Assembly: GCA_046881885.1 (NCBI GenBank)
Contig: JBKSMP010000011.1
Span: 1-8,218 of the forward strand
From: Opitutales bacterium
GTDB lineage: Bacteria > Verrucomicrobiota > Verrucomicrobiia > Opitutales > UBA9783
Length of the DNA: 8,218 bases
Reading direction: 5' to 3'
Below are positions 1 to 6,016 of the stretch, in pieces; the first letter of the stretch is position 1; the number at the start of each line of letters is the position of its first letter. The notes beneath the pieces are model-generated. The model saw nothing but the letters and a program-made list of their open reading frames with translations. It was not told the DNA's origin and did no database searches. Position numbers and translations under genes: made by a program.

Positions 1-52
1 CCCCAGCTGTCAACACTCCCGCTAACAGCCCACTTAGATATTTATTATTCAT
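1..52 (-). CDS. N-terminal fragment of an unidentified CDS leaving the window at the left edge (MNNKYLSGLLAGVLTAG..., hydrophobic, signal-peptide or TM-like)
   Basis: Minus-strand ATG at 52-50. The frame stays open for all 17 codons to position 1. It is below the ORF-track length cutoff, has no obvious SD, and the product cannot be named from 17 residues. Confidence 0.3.
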   Translation of the reverse strand, partial: MNNKYLSGLLAGVLTAG

Positions 53-67
53 AATCTTATCTTTCTT

Positions 68-100
68 TTCGGTTAATTTAACGCATTCGGTTAATTTAAC
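68..100. promoter_or_regulatory. Candidate tandem operator: two exact copies of TTCGGTTAATTTAAC (68-82 and 86-100, 18-bp period), each holding the palindrome GTTAA-T-TTAAC
   Basis: Exact 15-nt direct repeat read directly from the sequence. It lies 16-48 nt upstream of the minus-strand ATG at 52. It is downstream of a possible minus-strand promoter (TTGACA at 159-154, 17-nt spacer, TAGAAA at 136-131). Confidence 0.4.
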
Positions 101-249
101 TTACCTGCTATTAAACTATAATAACGTCATTTTCTAAAAAAACTTTAACACTTTGTCAAAATTTTTTACACTTTTATTATACTACCTCTAAAATTTAATT
201 GCAAATTAAATGTTGCTTCAATTGTAAGTTCAAACTCTTGTATTTCTCA

Positions 250-588
250 TCAAAGTTGAATCTGGTTTTGCAAAGATTTTTCGTTTTCTAACTCAACCGA
301 TTCGCGTGTTTTGAAAAAGACGATACGTTCATTGGGATATAAGAAGCCGTTTTTTTCTCGCATAAAACGTTCTCGAAAAGCTGCATCTGTCATTAATTTG
401 CGAATGAAATATTTTTTTGCTACAACTTGTTTACGGATGCGTTCGATGGTTTGCTGAAGTTGAGTATTTTTAATTTTCCAATTTTGGTAGTTATGATAAG
501 AATTACGGAAAGGTTTCCCCCAAAAGTAATAAATAGCTAGCGCTAAAACAATCACACTTGCTGTTTTTATGTAAAATTTTAGCCGCAT
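250..588 (-). CDS. Septum formation initiator family protein (FtsB/DivIC-like), 112 aa
   Basis: Small bitopic architecture: N-terminal TM (ASVIVLALAIYYFWG), then a coiled coil (NTQLQQTIERIRKQV). The C-terminal segment LMTDAAFRERFMREKNGFLYPNERIVFF matches the DivIC/FtsB pattern D..yiE..AR..lg...p.E.v, recalled from memory rather than searched. Confidence 0.65.
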   Translation of the reverse strand: MRLKFYIKTASVIVLALAIYYFWGKPFRNSYHNYQNWKIKNTQLQQTIERIRKQVVAKKYFIRKLMTDAAFRERFMREKNGFLYPNERIVFFKTRESVELENEKSLQNQIQL

Positions 589-681
589 ATTTGAAAAAAT
601 GAAAAATTATTATATAGAATTACTATTTTTCATTGCAAAACTTAAAAGTCAAAGTTAAAGTATAATAAAGCACTCTTTATT

Positions 682-1500
682 ATGTATAAGCAATTTTTTG
701 GTTTTTCGGAAAGTCCATTTAATATTACACCAGACCCACGTTTTTTATTTTCAAGTTATGGGCATAATCGAGCGCTTACCTTGTTAAAATACGGGATTGA
801 GCAATCTAAAGGCTTTTTGGTGATCGTAGGCGAAGTAGGTTGTGGAAAAACACTACTTTGTAGAACACTTTTGCAGTCTTTAGATGAAAAAATTTTTGAA
901 ACGGCTTGGCTTTATTCATCGAATATTAGCCAGGAACAACTTATTCGAAGTATTTTAAAGGAAATCGGTATGCCTACTGCAAAACTTCCTGAAACGGATC
1001 ATTTGGAAGCTTTGAACGAATATTTGTTAGGAAAAATTAATCGAGGTAAAGAAATTGTCCTCATTATTGATGAGGCTCAAAATTTGTCGTATGAACTTTT
1101 AGAATCGATACGTTTGTTGTCTAATTTAGAGACTGACAAAAAGAAGTTGTTGCAAATTTTGCTGATTGGACAAACAGAATTTAAAGCAAAACTCAACCAG
1201 CCGCATTTAAGGCAGTTAAAGCAGCGTATTTTGGTTTATGATGAATTGCATGCACTTTCTGCAAAAGAAACACAGCAATACATTAATCATCGTTTGAATC
1301 TTGTTTGCCAGCAGCCTGGTTTGCCACAGATAAGTTATAGTGCTTTTCGTAAGATTTTTAAGTACACCAAAGGTATTCCGCGTATTATCAATAATATTTG
1401 TGATAAATCCCTTATGGCTGCTTATGCGCGTCTTTCTCGGAAGGTTGAGTCGAAAGATGTTCGTCAAGCAATTCAAGATATCGAAAGGCTAACCTTATGA
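682..1500 (+). CDS. ExeA/GspA/MshM-family AAA ATPase (AAA_22-type), short 272-aa form without TM or peptidoglycan-binding domain
   Basis: The N-terminus MYKQFFGFSESPFNITPDPRFLFSSYGHNRALTLLKYGIEQSKGFLVIVGEVGCGKT closely follows the ExeA/GspA signature (FFGL.E.PF...PD.RF.y.s..h.eal..L.ygi....G...ltGEvGtGKT). Walker A is GEVGCGKT (nt 829-852) and Walker B is VLIIDEAQ. The stop overlaps the next start (ATGA at 1497-1500). Confidence 0.9.
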   Translation: MYKQFFGFSESPFNITPDPRFLFSSYGHNRALTLLKYGIEQSKGFLVIVGEVGCGKTLLCRTLLQSLDEKIFETAWLYSSNISQEQLIRSILKEIGMPTAKLPETDHLEALNEYLLGKINRGKEIVLIIDEAQNLSYELLESIRLLSNLETDKKKLLQILLIGQTEFKAKLNQPHLRQLKQRILVYDELHALSAKETQQYINHRLNLVCQQPGLPQISYSAFRKIFKYTKGIPRIINNICDKSLMAAYARLSRKVESKDVRQAIQDIERLTL

Positions 1501-2381
1501 GTCAACTCATAAAGAAATTAAAAGCCACTCAGTCGCAAAATACCTTTGTAACCCCTGAAGTTGCGGCAAAAATTATTTCATCATCTGGACGAAAATCTAA
1601 AAGAAATTACCGTACTTTCTGGAGCATAGTGTTAATGACTATAATAGGAATAGGGGGATGTTGTTTTTGGGGGGTAAAAAAGAAAAGCGTACAGCAAGTC
1701 CAAGATGTACAGCTTCCGGTTGTTCCCAAAATAAAAATAGCACTAGAACCCTTGCAAGTAAGCCCAAAAGAACCCTTAAAGCTTGAAGATAGTTATGAAG
1801 CGTTTGTGAGCTCGGTAGAATCTACAAATATGCATAAAAGCTTTTATGGACAAGGTGCAAGCTTATATATTAAAGATTTTCCAGAATTTGTGCCTTCGTT
1901 GGGAGCTTTTATTTCAAAGTATTTGGATCCTTATCTAAAAAATTGTACGCAAATTGTTCAGCAGGTAAAAAAAATAAAAAGACCGCATATTGTTCATAAA
2001 AAAACACCACCAAAACCTGCTTCAAAAATTATTAGTTTAAAGGATGCAATTCCTGTTGCTAACCCCGTTCACGCACCTCAAGAAAAACGGTTTCAAGTGG
2101 ATTATAACGAACAGGATGATTGGGTTATTACTGCACCTAGACTTACGGAAGCCCAACAACAGCATTTAGAGGGTATTCATAAGCTTTTAAATCAGATGCA
2201 AATAGAAAGTGTGCGAGAAGAAGGCTCTCAATCACGTTTAAAAGCCAACGGACATATTTACCATCCTAACGCTCTTATTTCTATGAAGCCACGTTTAACG
2301 TGGATGGGAATTCAACACAACGAACTTATTTTTTACGATGAATACAAGCAAGAATACAGAAAAAAAATTGCTCAAAATTAA
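1497..2381 (+). CDS. GspB/ExeB-like bitopic membrane protein, 294 aa
   Basis: Translationally coupled to the ExeA-like gene (ATGA overlap). The N-terminus MSQLIKKLKATQSQ resembles the GspB N-terminal motif as I recall it. It has a single TM (FWSIVLMTIIGIGGCCFWGV). The C-terminal 55 aa (IESVREEGSQSRLKANGHIYHPNALISMKPRLTWMGIQHNELIFYDE) fit the GspB C-terminal pattern and are paralogous to the C-terminus of the next ORF. Confidence 0.6.
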   Translation: MSQLIKKLKATQSQNTFVTPEVAAKIISSSGRKSKRNYRTFWSIVLMTIIGIGGCCFWGVKKKSVQQVQDVQLPVVPKIKIALEPLQVSPKEPLKLEDSYEAFVSSVESTNMHKSFYGQGASLYIKDFPEFVPSLGAFISKYLDPYLKNCTQIVQQVKKIKRPHIVHKKTPPKPASKIISLKDAIPVANPVHAPQEKRFQVDYNEQDDWVITAPRLTEAQQQHLEGIHKLLNQMQIESVREEGSQSRLKANGHIYHPNALISMKPRLTWMGIQHNELIFYDEYKQEYRKKIAQN

Positions 2382-2982
2382 GGGTAATCATTTAAAAAAC
2401 CTTCCACCGATTGACTCTATGGATACGTGGGGGGCTCCTGTTCCTGACTTTATCGAAAAACGTACTTGGAAGCTAAAATGTATCTTAAGTATTTGTTTTG
2501 TTTTGATCGTTGTCGTTTATGGCCTAAAAGGGAAATTTTCATGGCCATTAACGTCGCAAGTTGTTTCACAGGAGCACTTGACACCAATAGCGGAAAGAGA
2601 AACCGTACAACTTAATTTGGAGGCCGATTCAATAACGACAGAAGTTGCCAATTATAGCGCTAATCAGCAGCAGGCTTTCTTAAAGGTTGCTCCAGAACTT
2701 GTATCAAATTTAATGGAAGAAACAGAAGATGTAGACGAAGAAGAGCCCAAAGAAACATCTGCAACAATTGCGCAAGAAATTAGAGCTTGGCTGCATCAGC
2801 AACATATACAAGGTGTTGCGTATAAAGATTTTGAAAGTTGCATTGTAGTTAATGGAAAAATATTTCACTTAAATGAAGTCGTTGCACCTGAACTCAATCT
2901 AGTGTGGAGCGATATTGATCCTGTGGCTAAAAAGCTCTTTTTTTATGATGCAAACGGGGTTTTATATTTTATTAATTATTAA
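2338..2982 (+). CDS. Second GspB-like-domain bitopic membrane protein, 214 aa (tandem paralog of the C-terminal domain)
   Basis: Single TM (KLKCILSICFVLIVVVYGL), an acidic linker (EETEDVDEEEPKE) and a C-terminus IQGVAYKDFESCIVVNGKIFHLNEVVAPELNLVWSDIDPVAKKLFFYDANGVLYF. That C-terminus aligns with the preceding protein at conserved NG.I.H.N, L.W..I and FYD positions. The start is uncertain: ATG 2338 overlaps the upstream CDS by 44 nt, and the alternative is ATG 2419. Confidence 0.6.
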   Translation: MNTSKNTEKKLLKIKGNHLKNLPPIDSMDTWGAPVPDFIEKRTWKLKCILSICFVLIVVVYGLKGKFSWPLTSQVVSQEHLTPIAERETVQLNLEADSITTEVANYSANQQQAFLKVAPELVSNLMEETEDVDEEEPKETSATIAQEIRAWLHQQHIQGVAYKDFESCIVVNGKIFHLNEVVAPELNLVWSDIDPVAKKLFFYDANGVLYFINY

Positions 2983-3018
2983 ATTGACGCAAAATTTTAA
3001 ACCGATTTCATAAATAAT

Positions 3019-3474
3019 ATGAAGTATTTTAAATTTGTTGCGTTAGTAACGTTATCGCTTGCGGGTTGCACCAAAACGGAATCAGGGCTTGCGGGTTGTG
3101 GTATTGGATCTGCGGTAGGTGCAAGTATTGGTTACGCGATTGATGGTGGTGCAGGTGGTGCAATTGCAGGTGGACTTTTGGGAAGTATTGTCGGTGGAGC
3201 AGCTGGAAGTGCTGTCAACAAAGAAGAATCAAGTTATGAAGAACCTACTTATGCCTCAACCTCGACTTATGAATCTTCACGCCAGAAAAATCTTCGTAGT
3301 GAAATACGACAAGAGCATTATCAATTAGAGCAAGAAAAAATTGATTTTCGTAAGCAAGAATTGGAGCAAAAACGTTTGGAGTTGGAAAGAAAACGTCTCG
3401 AATTAGAAGAAAAGAAACTCGAACAAGAGCGTATCGAACTCGAATTACAACGTCAACATAAAGCTGATAATTGA
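3019..3474 (+). CDS. Lipoprotein with glycine-zipper domain and C-terminal coiled coil, 151 aa
   Basis: Signal peptide plus lipobox (MKYFKFVALVTLSLAG|C). The Gly/Ala-rich block GIGSAVGASIGYAIDGGAGGAIAGGLLGSIVGGAAGSAV is typical of the glycine-zipper / 17-kDa-antigen-type family. The charged repeat tail is QELEQKRLELERKRLELEEKKLEQERIELELQRQ. Confidence 0.8.
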   Translation: MKYFKFVALVTLSLAGCTKTESGLAGCGIGSAVGASIGYAIDGGAGGAIAGGLLGSIVGGAAGSAVNKEESSYEEPTYASTSTYESSRQKNLRSEIRQEHYQLEQEKIDFRKQELEQKRLELERKRLELEEKKLEQERIELELQRQHKADN

Positions 3475-3620
3475 TTGTAAGGGTAGGGTGGTTTTTGTTA
3501 CAAGATTATTGTAAAAAAGATTGTGCTTTTTGGAAAAGGCGTTATTTTTAATAATGAAAGTGATAATGTGTACTTATATCCACATTAGAGATTGAATAAT
3601 AAGTAATTAATTAAGTTATT

Positions 3621-4145
3621 ATGACAGAACAAGAAATTATAAATGCCACCACTACAAGTGAAGCCAACAATGACAATAAGGTGGCAAGTATCGAAGAAAT
3701 ACAATCCGTCCAAAAAGAAGAAAGAAAGTCTACAAATCGTTCAACACGTAAACAATCGAATTTGCGTGGACGTTGGAAACGTAATCAAGCAGCTGCAGGG
3801 GTTGCAACTATCAAAGAAGATGACGCTAAGTTGCCTAAAGAGATTAAAACTGTAAAAATTAGTACTGCAGAAAGCCTCAATAAGCCTTCCAAATCGAATG
3901 ATTACAGAAAACAACGCTCTGAAAGAAAACCCAGCAAGGACGCTAAAATCCATGCTTCTGAAGCAAGAAAAGAAAAATGCTCTGAACATAAATGCATTTG
4001 TGCTTCTTTTTGGGGAAAAGTAAAGTGCTTTGTTTTAAAGCTATTTGGATTTAAGCCCAAAAAACATTGCTCTTCGCATAAGTCCAATCACTATGGTTGT
4101 CCACGCAATAAACGTCCTTATCGTGGTCGTCCGCGGAGCAAATAA
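3621..4145 (+). CDS. Hypothetical highly basic, low-complexity protein with a Cys/His-rich C-terminus and a terminal AT-hook-like motif, 174 aa
   Basis: Longest frame in the region, with its ATG after a 145-bp AT-rich spacer, and it ends 9 nt before murA. It is rich in K/R/S/E. The C-terminus is CSEHKCICASFWGKVKCFVLKLFGFKPKKHCSSHKSNHYGCPRNKRPYRGRPRSK, with RGRP at nt 4122-4133. I recognise no family. Confidence 0.6.
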   Translation: MTEQEIINATTTSEANNDNKVASIEEIQSVQKEERKSTNRSTRKQSNLRGRWKRNQAAAGVATIKEDDAKLPKEIKTVKISTAESLNKPSKSNDYRKQRSERKPSKDAKIHASEARKEKCSEHKCICASFWGKVKCFVLKLFGFKPKKHCSSHKSNHYGCPRNKRPYRGRPRSK

Positions 4146-4154
4146 GGGCTAATT

Positions 4155-5429
4155 ATGGATAAAGTTTGCATTTGCGGTGGTACGGAATTACATGGCAATG
4201 TTCATGTAAGTGGTGCAAAAAATGCTTGTATGGCAATGCTTGCAGCCGCTTTGTTGACTGATGAAATTTGTATTTTACGGAATGTTCCTAATCTACGTGA
4301 TGTAAACTTTTTTATCCAATTGTTAGAAACTTTAGGGGTTGAGATTAAAAACTTAGCCCCGGGTACTTGGCAATTAAAAGCTCGTTCGATTTCTGCAGAA
4401 GCACCTTATGATTTAGTACGCCAAATGCGTGCATCGGTCTGTATTATGGGGCCGCTTTTAGGAAGATTACATCAAGTGGCTTTGCCGCTTCCTGGAGGGT
4501 GCGTTATTGGCAATCGTCCTATTGATTTACATTTGCAAGGATTTGAAAAACTTGGATGCACAGTTGCCTTGGAACAGGGCATGGTTCATGTTCAAGGAGA
4601 GAAGCTAAAAGGCAGTACGATTTTCTTGGGAGGGCGCTTTGGCAGCACTGTTACGGGAACAGCTAATTTGGTTATGGCTGCAACCTTAGCGAGTGGTACA
4701 ACGATTATTGAAAGTGCAGCATGTGAACCTGAAATTGTTGATTTGTGTCGTTTATTGGTGCAAATGGGAGCCTCTATTGAAGGGATTGGAAGTCCGCAGT
4801 TGACGATACAGGGCCAAGAAAAATTGCATGGTTTTGATTACACTGTTATTGGAGATCGTATTGAAGCTGGTACCTTTCTTCTTGCGAGTCTGGTTACGAA
4901 TGGTCATGTAAAGATAAAGGGTGCCCATCCTCAGCATTTAGGAGCGATGCTTCATGTTTTGGAAAATATGGGCGCTTTTATAAAAACGGATGTTGAGGAA
5001 CAATCCATTGAAGTTTTCCCTTGTTTAGATGCACTAAAACCCTTTGAAGTAACGACCTTGCCGCACCCAGGTTTTCCAACGGATTTGCAAGCGCAAATGT
5101 GTGTTTTAGGGATTTGCATTCCAGGAATTAGTCTTATTACAGAGCGCATTTATCCGCAACGCTTTATGCATGTAGCCGAATTGCAACGTTTAGGTGCGCG
5201 AATCATTTTGGAAGGTAGCACAGCCGTCTTGCAAGGTCCTACAAAGTTGTCTGGTGCAGATGTTATGGCATCGGATTTAAGAGCGAGTGCTGCGCTTTAT
5301 TTAGCGGGACTTGTTGCAAAAGGTGAAACCTTTATTCATCGCGTTTATCATTTAGATCGCGGCTACGAAAATTTTGATCAAAAATTGAATCAGTTGGGTG
5401 CCCAAATCCGACGTTTATCTGATAATTAA
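4155..5429 (+). CDS. murA: UDP-N-acetylglucosamine 1-carboxyvinyltransferase (MurA), 424 aa
   Basis: Full-length match to MurA hallmarks: VSGAKNA near the N-terminus, the active-site loop LPGGCVIGNRPIDLH with catalytic Cys116 (TGC at 4500-4502), FPTDLQAQ, and the C-terminal HLDRGYENFDQKLNQLGA. A weak SD (AAGGG) lies about 6 nt upstream. Confidence 0.95.
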   Translation: MDKVCICGGTELHGNVHVSGAKNACMAMLAAALLTDEICILRNVPNLRDVNFFIQLLETLGVEIKNLAPGTWQLKARSISAEAPYDLVRQMRASVCIMGPLLGRLHQVALPLPGGCVIGNRPIDLHLQGFEKLGCTVALEQGMVHVQGEKLKGSTIFLGGRFGSTVTGTANLVMAATLASGTTIIESAACEPEIVDLCRLLVQMGASIEGIGSPQLTIQGQEKLHGFDYTVIGDRIEAGTFLLASLVTNGHVKIKGAHPQHLGAMLHVLENMGAFIKTDVEEQSIEVFPCLDALKPFEVTTLPHPGFPTDLQAQMCVLGICIPGISLITERIYPQRFMHVAELQRLGARIILEGSTAVLQGPTKLSGADVMASDLRASAALYLAGLVAKGETFIHRVYHLDRGYENFDQKLNQLGAQIRRLSDN

Positions 5430-5775
5430 TTAGCTTGATACCGGTTTGGTGTTTTTATGTATTTTCCTGCATTTATTACGGGATTTATATATGTACGTTT
5501 GAAAAAACACTAGGTTTTATTATACTGTTTGTTTGTTTAGTAACTTGTTGGTCAAAAAATATTTAAATAAAAAAATAAAATAAATAGTTATAAAAAAATA
5601 AAAAATATTAAAAAACTACTTGACGAGGTAGTGAAATTGACCTACTTATTATACCTGTGAAAGCTCGATTCACATTCATTACCTGTAGGACGTGCTTTAA
5701 CGAAAACTTGCATCATACGAGGTAAGTGGCTACATAGTGCTATCTAAAACCAAAATTTGTCACAACCTAAAAACA

Positions 5776-5802
5776 CCCCCGCATTGCGGGGGTATTTTTT
5801 TT
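5776..5802 (+). terminator. Rho-independent terminator (7-bp GC stem CCCCCGC-ATT-GCGGGGG followed by TA plus T8)
   Basis: Perfect hairpin at 5776-5792 and a T-run at 5795-5802. It lies 347 nt downstream of the murA stop. It is copy 1 of a repeated module (5776-5819 matches 7087-7131). Confidence 0.8.
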
Positions 5803-5819
5803 ATATTAGCAACAGATTT
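5802..5819 (-). pseudogene. 18-nt remnant of the 3' end of a paralog of the 264-aa gene (encodes KSVANI, stop lost)
   Basis: TATATTAGCAACAGATTT aligns with 7114-7131 (TATATTAGCGACAGATTT), the last six codons (...KSVANI) of the minus-strand CDS 7111-7905. Homology stops at 5819 and resumes at 5842 with the promoter module. Confidence 0.55.
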
Positions 5820-5833
5820 AAAAATACCGGATT

Positions 5834-5861
5834 TTGACAATTTGGTTTCTTGGCCTATGAT
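5834..5861 (+). promoter_or_regulatory. Candidate sigma70-type promoter for the 389-aa gene: TTGACA (5834-5839), 16-nt spacer, TATGAT (5856-5861)
   Basis: Read directly from the sequence. The -10 lies inside the conserved repeat (equivalent to 8020-8025). The consensus -35 lies in unit-1-specific junction sequence, and the equivalent position in unit 2 reads TTTGTA. Confidence 0.35.
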
Positions 5862-6016
5862 TTAAATAAAATAAGTAAGTGTAAAAAAAATAAAGGATAT
5901 TCGAAAATGGCTTGACAGGGATGGGAAAACGAACTACAAATCTATTTATGCAAACTAGGTTCATAATAACTATAGGAACACTCTTATTTGGGGTGAGTTT
6001 AACAAAAGCCGGAATA
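5842..6016 (+). repeat. Copy A of the conserved promoter/5'UTR/signal-peptide module (pairs with 8006-8180)
   Basis: Hand alignment at an offset of 2164 bp gives 17 mismatches in 175 nt (about 90% identity). It includes a perfect 71-nt block, 5873-5943 matching 8037-8107. Confidence 0.9.

Noticed and set aside
68-100. Direct repeats considered as a CRISPR array or attachment site
   Set aside because: There are only two 15-nt copies with a 3-nt gap, and no spacers, cas genes, integrase or tRNA nearby.
600-659. 19-codon ORF (MKNYYIELLFFIAKLKSQS) upstream of the ExeA-like gene
   Set aside because: It has no SD, lies in AT-rich spacer where short ORFs arise by chance, and overlaps the inverted repeat. 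It cannot be supported from sequence alone.
1216-1476. 86-aa minus-strand ORF
   Set aside because: It is entirely antisense to the well-supported ExeA-like CDS. The sequence is low-complexity, with no start context or homology features. It is a typical shadow ORF.
3119-3328. 69-aa plus-strand ORF in an alternative frame of the lipoprotein gene
   Set aside because: It is nested inside the lipoprotein CDS, whose own frame gives a coherent signal peptide, lipobox and glycine zipper. The alternative frame shows no features.
3643-4087. Three overlapping ORFs (3643-3855 plus strand, 3741-3989 and 3902-4087 minus strand) within the basic-protein gene
   Set aside because: They are shorter than and nested within the 174-aa frame, and purine-rich low-complexity DNA keeps several frames open. 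The 174-aa frame is preferred for its length and its tight junction to murA. This gene remains the least certain CDS in the window.
4752-5149. Two minus-strand ORFs (61 and 65 aa) inside murA
   Set aside because: They are antisense to an unambiguous full-length MurA and are shadow ORFs.
5457-5513. 18-codon hydrophobic ORF (MYFPAFITGFIYVRLKKH) downstream of murA, reminiscent of type I toxin peptides
   Set aside because: No SD, no recognisable antisense RNA or promoter pairing, and no second copy is present. The resemblance rests only on length and hydrophobicity.
5430-5775. Possibility that the orphan region is a decayed 3' end of another 389-aa-family paralog
   Set aside because: By eye I find no nucleotide or translated similarity between 5640-5775 and the 3' end of the 389-aa gene (6950-7081). 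Homology between the units begins only at the terminator stem (5776).
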